Shown here: positions 27,085 through 42,366 of the stretch, piece by piece
Position numbering within the stretch: the first letter of the stretch is position 1
Layout: the number at the start of each line of letters is the position of its first letter
NCBI GenBank assembly: GCA_964016885.1
Contig: OZ024740.1
Span: 380,804,001-380,868,000 of the forward strand
Reading direction: 5' to 3'
From: Eledone cirrhosa
Lineage: Eukaryota
Length of the DNA stretch: 64,000 bases
Notes under the pieces: generated by a model
What the model saw: the letters and a program-made list of their open reading frames with translations, nothing else
Databases searched by the model: none
What the model was told of the DNA's origin: nothing
Position numbers and translations under genes: made by a program

Positions 27085-27260
27085 CGACCATCATTCTTCG
27101 TAAACTTTGCGACCGTAGACTCAGTTATGTTTCTTCCTGTCCAATCATGATGTCGTCATCCCATCTTCGTTTTTGTCGCCCATTGTCCGTTCAACCAACC
27201 CCCAAAGATGTGTGGGCAGAAGTTCTGGGCCCTGATAACGTAGCCAAAATATAGCGATTC
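27085..27260 (-). mobile_element. RTE-like LINE 3' remnant
   Basis: Minus strand, with frameshifts, gives YFGYVIRAQNFCPHIF...GRQKRRWDDDIM..WTGRNIT. Confidence 0.65.
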
Positions 27261-28891
27261 TTTGCTCTATAGCAGGCGAAATTTAGTATTATAAATCCTG
27301 AAGTGTAGTATTTCTGGCATCTTAGCCACTACCAGAGATCCTGCTAATTTATTCATCAAAACCTTGTCATTTAATGTTGTTTACAAATTTAAGGTTTATC
27401 TCCGCAATCATGGTTCGGCATGTTTGGATTTATAACTTCACAACTTGCATTGTCGTAGACGAAATGTGTAACAGAATCTACGAAACCACTGAAACTTTTG
27501 ACGACCCGCTGAGCACCATTAAACGAATAACAGAGACGGGCTTATACACACTTGACGATGTAACGAAAGAAAATTAAAACCTTTCTGAAATGAATAGCCA
27601 ATGCGAATAACCTTTTCTATTTGAAGAATTATTTTTAGCTGAGAAAATATAATTGAGACTATCGAAAAAGTATAATTTATTATAAACAAAAATACATTCA
27701 TGAAAACATGAATTTAGCTAACTCAATGCAATATTTTGGTTTGAATAGTATCTGAGATTGCTGTAACATTCTGGATATTAAGTCGTAGTTATTATTTTAA
27801 TAAAGGATTGCAGATTAAATATTTTAAATAGCAAAGCGCCTTAGAGCCTAAGGAGATAGGATACAAATTTAGAGGTTCCCGAACCCTCCTTAAGGAGTAA
27901 CAAAGAGTTTTCAAGAATATTTGGTCAATAATATTCAGAAAATCTCAATAGGGCGAATGTAAATTGTGAAAGAATAGAGATTGTTAAATATGGTGATGAC
28001 AAAGAGGTGTATCTCACTCCGATAAAAATGATTTGTTTTAATTCTGATGATGGGAGTGGTATTGCTAATGATGATGATGGTGGTGGTGATGATAGTCTTT
28101 GTGCTGGTATGATGACCACGACAACGACGACGGCAAGGATGACATCGACGACGACGATAACGACGATAACGACGATAACGACGACGACGATGATGAGGAG
28201 GCGGAGGTTGATGATGATGATGATAGAATTTACTTGTCGGCCGTTGACATTTTGATTGACATTAGATAAAACACATACAAAATATTAAGATAAATTTTTC
28301 AGACGAAATGTAACACCGCCTCTTAAAATTAACTGAAAACATAATCTCTCCCACAAGTCGTTAGAAAGAGCTAAATGAATGTGTTCGTCTTAGAATAAGC
28401 CAAATGATTTGAGATGGAATCTCGGATGTTTATGACTTGCTTTGCTCTTTCTGTCTCCTTCTTTATAATTGATTATTTTATTTTTTTATTCGCGTTTCTA
28501 ATTAATTCAAGTTCACTTTACTCTCATAAAAACAGGACACAGTAGTTCCTATCTCCACCCACACATCAATCTTATTCATTCGTTCACATTCTTGCTTACA
28601 TGTGACGAATTGACATAGTCGTTAGAACATCAGAAAGAATGCTTTATGGTATTCGCTTTGTTAATCTGGGATCTGAGTTCCAACCCCACCGATGGCAAGC
28701 ACAAAGACAATTATTCCTCTCCATCTCTTCCTCCCTATCAATCGCTCCTTCTCTGGAAGAAATCTTTTGTGTTCAGATCTTGAAAGCCGTTGAGCACCGC
28801 TATGTGTAAATACTTAACACACGGCCCATATCACGACGACACTGCTTCATCGGGAGTTACGTGTCCACACGTACTTATTTGTATACAGTTG

Positions 28892-28928
<37 letters not shown>

Positions 28929-29057
28929 CACACACACACACACACACACATACACATATATATATATATGTATATATATTACTTACGGTAAACATGCTGA
29001 TTAAATGGGGTTGTTATGTATGCCGCTTTGGATTTTGGTCTTCACATTTATTATTAT

Positions 29058-29106
<49 letters not shown>

Positions 29107-29111
<5 letters not shown>

Positions 29112-30811
29112 ATAGAGGTGTAACACGCAAGTTATGATATTTTGATAAACGGAAAAGAAAATGCTGACAAATTGTTCACAGTGAAAAATAGTTTAATTAG
29201 GAATAAGTGAGAATTAGTAATAGTATTGGTTAGTATTCAGTTTTGGTTTTAAGTTTTACCGGTTGCGCATTTCTAATGCTTTTCAAAAATAATTTTGAGA
29301 TAGAGCGTCCGTGATGTTTGCTCTGATCTGATTAGTTTAGGAAATTCTACCTGTTTTTATGTTAAAAAAGTGGCTCCAGCGGTATTAAAATAAGTTTTGC
29401 GCCAATTCGTGCTGCAAAATTTCGTGTGGTCAAAACAATTTTGATTGGTCGGTAGAGGTCATGTGAATGTTAAAAATTGATTTTGCGCCAAATGTAGGTT
29501 TGTGTCGGCTGATTGAGAAGTCACTGAAAAATAAGTCTTTCAAAACAAATATGTGTGTGTGTGTAGTAGTAGTAGTAGTAGTAAAGAGGTTCGTTGTTGT
29601 GATAATGGTCAGCAGGGATGTGTGTGTGAACCGCAGCCTGTTATTAATTCAAATGCCTATTAAGACAAGTGTGTGTGTGTGTGTGTAGCAGAGTAATTTG
29701 TGGTAGAGGGATGGTCAGTAGGAATGTGTCTGTAAGTGTGTGGGGGATATTTTAACATGTTAAAAGATATTTTTCAGCTCTTGTCTTATACGGAGAAGTG
29801 TGTATGTGTATGTGTGTGTGTGTGTGTATGTCTCTTTGTATGTTAATGTACGCGTGTGTATGTGTGTGTGTATATATGTGCGTGTGTGCGCATACACGTG
29901 TGTGTGTGAGAATGTGTGTGTGTGTGGGTGGGCCAGTAATTATTTTTGTGATACTGGTGAAATGGTGTACATTATTAGATATTTTCAGTAAAATCGATTC
30001 TCTCAATAGAACATCAAAAACCTTAATAATAAAAGGTGTGAAATGATATATAGTATTGGCATAATACCAAGGTGTGTGTGAGTGTGTCCAGATTGTACGT
30101 ACTGCAAGGGGAATCCATTAGGCCTTGTCGTATTGGAATACTTGTGTACAAATATGTATGTGCCCATCAGTGTGCAATGCATGTGTGCGTTTATGTATGT
30201 GTGTGTGTCGGCACGTTTATATCTATAGGCATCAAAAGGTATGCAAATTTGTGTATATTTGTGTTGCACCATAGAACATGTGTGTTTACGTATGTCATTG
30301 TGTTTATATGTGGGTAGAGATGTATGCTGATGTAGGTATGTATGTTGACGTGTGTATGTTGTGGGTTCGTCTTAGGGAGAAGTGTTTAGACGGGGTCTGT
30401 ATTTGTTAATAACGTAAGATTCCTTGCTGATGTGCTGGGTATGGGTGGCATTATCTTTAAATTTGTAGAGGGGAAAGATTCTGAAGTTGGGATGATTTTG
30501 GGCGGCACAGGTATCAATGTGTTCACTCAGTGGTATTTTCCTGTATTCCCGTATTTTAATTTGGGATTTATGGACAGTCATGCGTTGGCGGACGCTGTTT
30601 TTGGTCTGGCCTATGTATTGTTCTCGACAACCTAAGCAAGTTAATACATATATTAGATTTTCTGATGCGCATATGAAATTGTGTTTCACTATAAAACGTG
30701 GTCCTTCTTTGAAATAGAATTCCGAACCCTCTATTAGGTTGATGCATATGTCACAGTTGGGTCTATCTATATACACACACACACATACACACGCGTACAT
30801 TAACATACAAA

Positions 30812-30892
<81 letters not shown>

Positions 30893-30999
30893 CTCCGTAT
30901 AAGACAAGAGCTGAAAAATATCTTTTAACATGTTAAAATATCCCCCACACACTTACAGACACATTCCTACTGACCATCCCTCTACCACGAATTACTCTG

Positions 31000-31060
<61 letters not shown>

Positions 31061-31569
31061 TCTTAATAGGCATTTGAACTGTCAACAGGCTGCGGTTCGC
31101 ACACACATGCCTGATGACCATTATCACAACGAACCTCTTTACTACTACTACACACACACATATTTGTTTTGAAAGACTTATTTTTCAGTGACTTCTCAAT
31201 CAGCCGTCACAAACCTACATTTGGCGCAAAATCAATTTTTAACATTCACATGACCTCTACCGACCAATCAAAATTGTTTTGACCACAAGAATTTTTGCAA
31301 CACGAATTGGCGCAAAACTTATTTTAATACCGCTGGAGCCACTTTTTTAACATAAAAACAGGTAGAATTTCCTAAACTAATCAGATTAGAGTAAACATCA
31401 CGGACGCTCTATCTCAAAATTATTTTTGAAAAGCATTAGAAATGCGCAACCGGTAAAACTTAAAACCAAAACTGAATACTAACCAATACTATTACTAATT
31501 CTCACTTATTCCTAATTAAACTATTTTTCACTGTGAACAATTTGTCAGCATTTTCTTTTCCGTTTACCA

Positions 31570-31570
<1 letters not shown>
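29107..31570 (-). mobile_element. 5'-truncated PLE (Neptune-like) with ~730-bp inverted pLTR
   Basis: 29146-29877 is inverted at 30767-31566; GIY-YIG fragment lies between; ~40-bp tail 29107-29145 only on the sense copy; (TA)n both sides. Confidence 0.88.
30372..30765 (-). pseudogene. GIY-YIG endonuclease C-terminal fragment of a PLE
   Basis: RPNCDIC...HNFICASENLIYVLTCLGCREQYIGQT...RQRMTVH...SEH...KESYVINKYRPRLN; the track's N-terminus is a (GT)n artefact. Confidence 0.85.
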
Positions 31571-32514
<944 letters not shown>

Positions 32515-32949
32515 CTCTTTGGATGTATTTATATTTCAAACTGTTATTTTCTTTTCGGCTAGTCTACATTATATACACATGCACACTCACGCACCACGTC
32601 ATATATTAGTGGAGGGTGTTCGGTTTGTCTGTGTGTCTCTGTGTGTATGTGTGGGTGTGTTCGTGCATTTATATTAGTGTGGAAGTATGTGTGTAGAATG
32701 TTTGATGCTGAATAAAGATGATTCCGTCCGACTGGACCATTTAATTATTTAATTTTATTACTGCATGTTGCATAAGAACACACGCCTGTGTATGCGTAGG
32801 TATACATACATATATATATATATCCGCAAAATACGTATAGTTAGCACCCCAAACGTATAATTGGGATTATACTAAGGTATATCCTAATGTTTGTTGAGTG
32901 AGACGGAAGCCAGTCGGAGTATTACTTAAAGCTTTCTCTGTTTATGTAT

Positions 32950-32994
<45 letters not shown>

Positions 32995-33307
32995 AATAGG
33001 GTGCGCACAGGACAAAGGCAATGGAAAAAACAAGGGAAAGTCATTCATTCCCATCTTCTAAGTTAACATCTGGAAATCACTACGGTGTTGATGCATTAAG
33101 GCTGATGCCGTTCTTTCCAGTGCACATTGTGACATAACAACATAACAAAACAAGTAGAGACCAGTTATACCATTAGGCAAATTACACTAGTATAGCGTGC
33201 ACAAAAAAATATTTTCAAAGGAGAGAAATAATAAAACAGGAGAGAATTAAAAGGATACTGAGGCGTAGAAAAGGTAAGATGGGAGTACAGAGGCAAGCAG
33301 GCCGGGT

Positions 33308-34855
<1,548 letters not shown>

Positions 34856-34952
34856 ATGTGTATATATGTATATATATAAATATATATATATATTGATCGA
34901 AAATAAAACAAAGTAGTAGATGCGATATAATTTCTAGTTGCGTTATATACTC

Positions 34953-35002
34953 ACGGATATATATTATCGTTTGTGTCATGCAGTTATAAAACTCATCGCC
35001 GT
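34953..35002 (-). ncRNA. Decayed hammerhead motif
   Basis: ACGG C-GAUGA GUUU...AAAC GAUA AUAUAUAU CCGU: stems I and II intact, two core lesions. Confidence 0.5.
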
Positions 35003-35632
35003 ATGAAATTTATCTCACCAGATAATGTTCAATCCTCTTGGACTAAGTTACACCTAGACTTGATATGCCTAGCTTGAAGTAAATGAAACCATCCATTGCA
35101 ATAAATACACATGGGTACTGAAATGCATATACTCATGACAAAAGCATTAAGACACATTCTCGTTTTTCTTATCCGTCTTTTTATGTATAAGAGGCGCACG
35201 CACATACGTCGTTATTGATTCGATACCCTTGCATAGCACTTTGATAAAAGTACTCTTGCATAGCTTGGGCCTCACCAATATTTTGTGACTGGGTGGAATT
35301 TGGTAGGCATGGATGTATGGATGGTTGTTAATTACTACAGCCGTCAATGGAAATCATGTATACCTTGGTAATATGTACTATGCTTTCACTAAACGTTTTG
35401 GATACTATGCAGTGGCGAGCAGGCATAGACATCCTCTGAACTCATCTACTGTTGATTCAACGGAACGTCCAAAATGTTACAGCTGGAAAAAGAAGGGGCT
35501 GCACTCGCACAGACCTGTCACTATTTTTATCGATCGCGAAAGGATGAAAAGTGAAGTAGACATATGTGAGATTTGAACTCTGAATGCAAAGACCCGGAAT
35601 AAATTATCCAACGCCCTATTGACCCTACAAAT

Positions 35633-35950
35633 GGAGGTGGCGTAGTGGTTGGGCTGCTCAGCTTACGTTAATAAGGATGTGTGTCTGATTCCTAGACCGG
35701 GTGTCGTGATGTGTCCTTGGGCAAGACTCTTTATTATAAGATACTCCAGTCCACTCTGGCAAAAATAAGTTGCACTTATAATTCAAGGGCCAGCATTGAC
35801 ACATATTTTGTCACACTGAATTTCCATTGGAACTACATTCAGGATGCACGTGTCTGTGAAATAATCAACCACTTACACACTAATTTCACGATCAGGTAAT
35901 GTCGCGCTTCCATCAACTGGATCATTCATCGTCGGAAACGTCGGAGCGCC
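35633..35950 (+). mobile_element. tRNA-derived SINE family B
   Basis: GTGGCGTAGTGGTT A-box, GATTCCT B-box remnant, then TGTGTCCTTGGGCAAGAC...CTCCAGTCCACTC body. Confidence 0.7.
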
Positions 35951-36086
35951 TAAAATATGAATCGATGTATGTATGTCACTTTTCCTTCTCGTAGAATGAT
36001 TTCCTAACAAGGACCAGGAGTCTTTCACCCCCGGTGGGCTAATCACGCGCTCGTGCATCAAACATATATATATATATATATATATG

Positions 36087-36533
36087 TAGAAGTTCTATTT
36101 AATTTGTTGGGATACAACAAGCAAAATATTTTTATAACTGATATAAAGCACTCAACAAATTATTGGAGTAAATATACAATATATTAACACATGGAAACTA
36201 TATTTATAAAACCATATTTATTTCATTATACGTATTTCAAGGGCCAGCAAGGCAAACTATGGTGCGCTTTCATCAGATAAAATATAATATAGGTTAGCTT
36301 TATAAATAAATATTGACATACCCTGAAAAAATGCAACCATTCTGGTTGGAATCTCCAGGAGATTCCAACCAGAATGGTTGCATTTTTTCAGGGTATGTCA
36401 ATATTTATTTATAAAGCTAACCTATATTATATTTTATCTGATGAAAGCGCACCATAGTTTGCCTTGCTGGCCCTTGAAATACGTATAATGAAATAAATAT
36501 GGTTTTATAAATATAGTTTCCATGTGTTAATAT

Positions 36534-36542
<9 letters not shown>
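36087..36542. mobile_element. Perfect palindromic element (185-bp arms, 1-nt centre at 36357) with tail 36087-36171
   Basis: 36172-36356 is the reverse complement of 36358-36542; (TA)n on both sides. Confidence 0.9.
36430..36495 (+). ncRNA. Hammerhead ribozyme (mirror copy on minus strand at 36219-36284)
   Basis: UAUUUUAU CUGAUGA AAG...CUU GAAA UACGUA U A AUGAAAUA: 8-bp stem I, palindromic AUACGUAU stem III. Confidence 0.75.
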
Positions 36543-36563
<21 letters not shown>

Positions 36564-36568
<5 letters not shown>

Positions 36569-37080
36569 AAATGAAAATCCGAGGCAAAGTAAAATTCCAA
36601 TCATTTAATCACGACACATGTTTCAATAAGAGATAGATCGATTGTGAAGCCATGATCGATTATCACTGATCTCATCAGGTGAAAATGAATTGTCTTCAAA
36701 TTCTTGATATGAGGGAGAAAAAATAACGATGTTCTCTCACAGAATTCATTCCCTCATATTCTGTGAGAGAACATCGTTATTTTTTCTCCCTCATATCATG
36801 AATTTGAAGACAATTCATTTTCACCTGATGAGATCAGTGATAATCGATCATGGCTTCACAATCGATCTATCTCTTATTGAAACATGTGTCGTGATTAAAT
36901 GATTGGAATTTTACCTTGCCTTCGGATTTTTATTTTGATACTTATACTCCGTTTTACATCACCTAGCTGTTCCCTTGAATGGAATTGGAGATATACAAAA
37001 GCGTGGAGAACTTAATATTACTAACATAAAGTTATTGGACCATTTTACACAACCAATAATGCACCTTACTATATAACAAC
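36564..37080. mobile_element. Near-perfect palindromic element (~182-bp arms, 12-nt spacer) with tail 36941-37080
   Basis: 36564-36745 is inverted at 36758-36940; no visible similarity to the adjacent palindrome. Confidence 0.9.
36821..36894 (+). ncRNA. Hammerhead ribozyme with long stem II (mirror copy on minus strand at 36609-36682)
   Basis: UCAC CUGAUGA [47 nt with AUCGAU...AUCGAU] GAAA CAUGUG UC GUGA. Confidence 0.7.
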
Positions 37081-38708
37081 TATATATATACGTTTGATGC
37101 ATATATATATGTATACATACATATACTTACCTACACAACATTTAAATTTATATACACTTAGTTTATATATCCTTCACAAGACAATTGATTAAAAGTTATG
37201 AAACGAATTCAAAGACATAACCTATTATAGAGTATGTGTGTACGAGGGTCGGCTGAAATGTTCATGGGCTAAAAATATCTGTAGGGCTAGAAATGACTCT
37301 AATTTCCCCAAGAATGTATAACCTCTGGCAAGACTGAGCCATGAGAATTAAAGCGTCTCTCGTCCTGCTAGAAATGGCAATAAAATGACATCCTAGTGTC
37401 TTAAAATGAATGATATATTTGATAATATAGTCATAGGTATAAGATGAAATATTCATAGCTGGAGCGGCTTTGATCATGCGTATCCTCAGTAAGGTAAGAC
37501 TAAACAACTCCGACAAGAGCAAGCTCCAAAAACTTTTGTCACTGTCTCTGAACCAGACTTTTCCAAGATGAAACTATTTATTCTATATATTCTTTCAAAC
37601 CATTTTATATATAATTAACGACTAAAAAAAACTTTCCGAATGACATATCGGATGAGAGATAAATATCCCCTTGATTACTACACCAGTCTATGGTAGTGTA
37701 AAATTCTCGTCCGATCGAAAGTGTTACCACTTTTCATAGCGGTGAAAATGTACTCCCCAAGAAATAATCACTGAGTTAGATTACAAATAAGACTCTTGAT
37801 AGCTACTTCGTTTGACCAGGTACACAAGACGACATTTGTGACAAGATACAAACAATCACATTCTCAGTTGCTTGTTAGTTATCTCAAATTATCTGCATTT
37901 CACAGATCCCATTCACATCATATGCACGGATCTGCAGTTGCGCGTTTACTCTTTTCAGAAAGGATTTTTCTGTACAACGACCATATAACAACATACTTTC
38001 TCAAATATATGGTAATTTCATATTTTCAGAAGCACTATTACTCAAAAGTGACTTCATGAATTTGTAGGAGTTCAACTCCAGGTCAGCTGTGATGAACAAA
38101 GGGCAAATCAGCGGTTGCCATGATATCATCTATTCATTGAAATAGTGTGTATAGAGGAACACATTAGCCAGTATATCTTTTACAAGATTGGGTGTGGTTT
38201 GACGGATGTGTGTGTACTATGTCTAGAAGCTCGAGCGACCGCGTGGAGATTCCAGTTTTGTTTTCAGTGAACGTTATGTAAAATGATACCATGTGCTGTA
38301 AGACGATAACATTAATTATGTTAACCAAATTGCTTTTTATTACATTTCATTTAATGTCTTTTAAAGACATTAGATCTTTCCCTAGAACAGTCAATTTCTT
38401 AATCAACTCTGTGAGAAACTTCACTCGACTCTCAGTATTCCTCCTCTAACTTTCTCTTTTTCCTTCTCTCCATCTTTCTTTCTCAGCTTCTCTATTTTTT
38501 TCTCAGTGATATATATATAAATATATATATGTATTACTAACGTTATTTCAACTATCATACATTTAATTATATTTTTGCATTTTTCATTCTTGAACGTTTT
38601 ATTCTTTGGTATTTTCCTGATGAAGAGCAAATGCCAGATAAGTTGGCGATGTAACTCTTTCTACAAGCGAGAAACTAATACAATTTATGTTATTGCATGT
38701 ATATATAT

Positions 38709-38860
38709 AACGAAGGAAATGTGGTAAGGAACCAGATGGACCATAACGCACCAAAGTACTCAATACTTAGGGTAGTAGAGTGGGTAATAGGAACAAGTAT
38801 GACCCCGACGGCAGAGCTCAAGCCGTTTCGACGGCTAATTCTGGACGAGTCATACTTGTT

Positions 38861-38862
<2 letters not shown>
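38709..38862 (-). mobile_element. Short pLTR-like fragment with half hammerhead and small terminal inversion
   Basis: Homologous in reverse to 55586-55733; GGAACAAGTATGAC...GTCATACTTGTTCC inverted repeat; within (TA)n. Confidence 0.65.
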
Positions 38863-38933
<71 letters not shown>

Positions 38934-39175
38934 GCTGAGGTACCCAGCTTCGCCCGGGTAAACAGATAAGAGAAGACAGGTTGAAAAGATATCGACTGCA
39001 TTGGATGTGTTGTCTGGTTTAGAGTATGAGACGTACCGTGGTGTGCATGTGAATGGAAAAAGGATGAGCATTCACGTACATGGGACATGAACCCACATAT
39101 TTGGCTATCATGACCACTGTCTTAACTGGGTTTTTATAACCCCAACTCTTAGGCTAATTTACTTCTATTTCACTA

Positions 39176-39213
<38 letters not shown>

Positions 39214-39245
39214 AGATCAAAAGATGGTTAAAGGAGTTCCATGTA

Positions 39246-39312
39246 TTTTATTATGCGCATTTCAAAAACAAACATCATCATGCAATAATATTTGTGTTTT
39301 CATCAGATAAAA
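39246..39312 (-). ncRNA. Minimal hammerhead ribozyme
   Basis: UUUUAU CUGAUGA AAACACAAAUAUUAU...AUGUUUGUUUUU GAAA UGCGCA UA AUAAAA: palindromic AUGCGCAU stem III. Confidence 0.8.
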
Positions 39313-39560
39313 CAGGAGAACATGTTATGAAGGCTAAAAAACACTTGTGGATAGTGCAGTTTTAAATCAACATATCCTTCTTATCCGATATCTGCATTGC
39401 TTTATTGTACTACAATAAAACTCACCTCCTACATATATATATATATATATATAATAGAATACTGGAGGGTTATATCCGTAGTAGTAGAGCACTCAGTCCA
39501 TGGGACGAGTTTGGTAGAAGTAGTTCCGTTGTTTTTCCTTTTCCGTACAACTTCACTCAC

Positions 39561-39603
39561 GCCGAGCTGAAGATCCACACGCGGTGAAACATTTGTTCTC
39601 GGC
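39561..39603 (+). ncRNA. Minimal hammerhead ribozyme
   Basis: GCCGAG CUGAAGA U CC-ACACGC-GG U GAAA CAUUUG UU CUCGGC; stem I extends outward (UUCAC/GUGAA, AAGUAGUUCC/GGAACUACUU). Confidence 0.85.
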
Positions 39604-39631
39604 ATAGTGAACTAACTATTGTGGAACTACT

Positions 39632-39669
<38 letters not shown>

Positions 39670-39782
39670 GGAGATGAATAAATTGGGTATGTAGCCAGTT
39701 TCTTACCAAATGCGAAGAAGCTCGATATATTAACCTCTTAGGAAAACACACAGAGCAAAATTTGTTTTTTAATTATATATAT

Positions 39783-39984
39783 ACAGTCGCGTTAGAACGG
39801 GGGGGGGGGGGTATGCTCCCCTCCAATAATTTGGATATGCGCTACAGTTTATGTACATGTTATGTTTATCGCATATCGAAGTTTTCTGGCTATTTTACAG
39901 TGCAAAGAGGTAAACTAATCAATCACCGCAACTAAATTGTCCAAATTTGGCACCCCTAATTCAGAAATGTTTCCACCGCCCCTG
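39783..39984. mobile_element. Possible MITE (CAG-terminated imperfect TIRs)
   Basis: CAGTCGCGTTAGAAC at left versus reverse complement CAGGGGCGGTGGAAAC at right; no clear TSD. Confidence 0.4.
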
Positions 39985-40411
39985 AATATATTGCTTACAC
40001 TACAAATATAGTATTTAAAAAAATCAGTGATTTGAGAAAAAGAAAAGAAATTGAGAAAAGGAAAAATATGTTAATATATGTTTATTCCATTCATCGACGA
40101 GGATATGTAACCTCGTACAAACACTATAAGTAAACACCAAAGGCGTATGTGTGTCGCATATATACGTGCATTTGTATACACATGTATGTGTGTGCGCGCG
40201 TACGTCCGCTCTCAGCTCAACGTTTGTCCGCCTATCAAACTCCCTCACTCATTATTTGCCACTTCCGTGAGTATGTGTACTCTTCCTGATTCACTCAGCA
40301 TCTCTTCTTCTTTTTTACTTTCTCTTTCTCCTTCTGTGTATATGTTCACAAACATGACATCTGACAACAAACACATCAGGCGTTATATACATTGTGTATG
40401 TATGTGTTCTT

Positions 40412-40468
<57 letters not shown>

Positions 40469-40773
40469 GGAGATTTAGATCAAATAATGCTAAAGGTAGA
40501 GTAACCATTGCAATCCTTTCAATTTTTCTCAATGATATCATGTGCGAATAGAACTTGTTCCAGAACAAACACAGTGCGATAGCTTTTCAGGAAAGCAATA
40601 TCCGAATAGAACATATTAGACTGATAAGTATCAAAGAAATCTAAGTATTGTAACAATTCAACAAAGAACCATAATGGTTTTGACCCATGACAAAAATTCG
40701 CTAATTACAAGTATTAGAAATTGATAATCAGCTAATTAGGACCAGAGACCTATCAACAGGCCGTCCTAATAAT

Positions 40774-40990
40774 GGTTTCTTATATAGGCGCAATGCCATC
40801 AATTTTGGGGGAGAGGAAAGTCGATTAAATCGACTCCAGTGCGTGACTGGTACTTTATTTTATCGACCCCGTAAGGATGAAAGGCAAGGTTAACCTCGGC
40901 AGGATTTGAACTCAGATCATAACGGGTCGTAACTCTTTGCTGCAAAGTATGGCGTCCGACCCTCCACCGATACTGCATATCCACCACCCT
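40774..40990 (-). mobile_element. Full-length tRNA-derived SINE family A with 16-bp TSD
   Basis: AGGCCGTCCTAATAAT at 40758-40773 and 40991-41006; B-box GAGTTCAAATCC on minus strand. Confidence 0.85.
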
Positions 40991-41425
40991 AGGCCGTCCT
41001 AATAATAGCCAAAAATTATTGTCATTTCTAAATACAGGCCTAACTGGCCATGTGTTCATGTTCGACTAGAACTGCTAAAGAATGTTCAGCCTGACTAGAA
41101 CAAGCTATAAGGTTAGTTGGTCGGGAGGATGCTAAACATAGCAACACCTCGCTCGACCAACCAAAGTAACTCAACTGATCAAATCATATGAAATATAATG
41201 GGAGTTTAGATCGATATAAAAGCCATCGCAATCGTTCCGACCTTGATATCTGGAGAAATGTTCAATTATAAGTCGTGCGAAGAGAACATGTTATAGAGAA
41301 AACTCAGTGAGATTATTCTAAAAAGAGTAAAGCTCGATTTGAACATATTTGGCTGATAACAATCAAAGAAATCTAAGAATTGTAACATTTTAACAAAGGA
41401 AACGTTACATATGTATATATATATA

Positions 41426-42329
41426 CTAGCAATGGTACCTGGCGTTGCACGGGATAAGGTATTTTGGAACGCGGGCCGCCAACAGACCTAATCGTGGAAA
41501 AACTGCATGCCTGGACAATATGTAATGAAAATAAACCGAATACTCTGATGGCTGGATAATCTTTAAGATTTTCCTCGATGAAGCAGGAAAAATGCAGGTT
41601 TTCACCTAATGCGGGCCCTGAGGGATCAAGAAAATGAATTTTTTTATGTGGATAATATGCCTTGAAATTTTGGGAAATTCGGCTAGACGTAACGCCTCCA
41701 AAAAGCCCTAAGAAGCTGAAAAAATGAAGTTTTTCGCCTAATGCGGGCCCTAGGCCATAAGAAAGTTGGATTTTATTTGCTTACCGTATGAAGAAGAGAC
41801 TGACTAATATATAGTTAATTTCAAGGAAATCGGTCTGACGTAACGCCTCAAAAAACCCCTAAACACCTGAAAAGACGCAGTTTTTCATTTAATGCGAGAC
41901 CTAGGGGATTAAAAAAATTGAATTTTATGTGCATAACACTCCCTGAAACATACGTAAGACACATGGAAAGTTTGAAAAGAATTGGTTGGGTACTTCTCGG
42001 GTTTTAGGGATTCAAACTCACAGACACACACACACAGAGACATCCTCAGGGAAGTGACGTAATGCAGACAGACAAACATACAGACAGATATTATAAGGGT
42101 GCGACGTTATATGTATGTATCTATCTAAAAAGAGAAAGACTAAGAATTATAGAGCGAGATCGCTAAATCGCCTAATGCGGTCCCTAGGGCATTGAAAATT
42201 TGAAATTGTTTTTGTTCAGAACACTCCCTGAAACATAAGTATTAGATGTGTAAAGTTTGAAAACAGTCAGTTTGGTGGTTCTCGAGGTTTAGGGATTCAA
42301 ACTCACACACACACAGACAGACATCCTCA

Positions 42330-42340
<11 letters not shown>
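41426..42340 (-). mobile_element. Non-autonomous Helitron with duplicated 5' module
   Basis: CTAG/hairpin end at 41426; homologous to 2342-3092; ~41890-42049 is repeated at ~42170-42330. Confidence 0.78.

Positions 42341-42366
<26 letters not shown>

Noticed and set aside
38612-38680. CUGAUGA AGAG...CUCU hammerhead-like start (also weak ones near 24271 and 57334)
   Set aside because: No GAAA in the required position and no stem I; not counted as ribozymes
40470-41400. Diverged ~200-bp direct repeats (~40470-40680, ~41200-41400), considered as coding repeats or LTRs
   Set aside because: Stops in the frames checked and no LTR termini; likely an old local duplication
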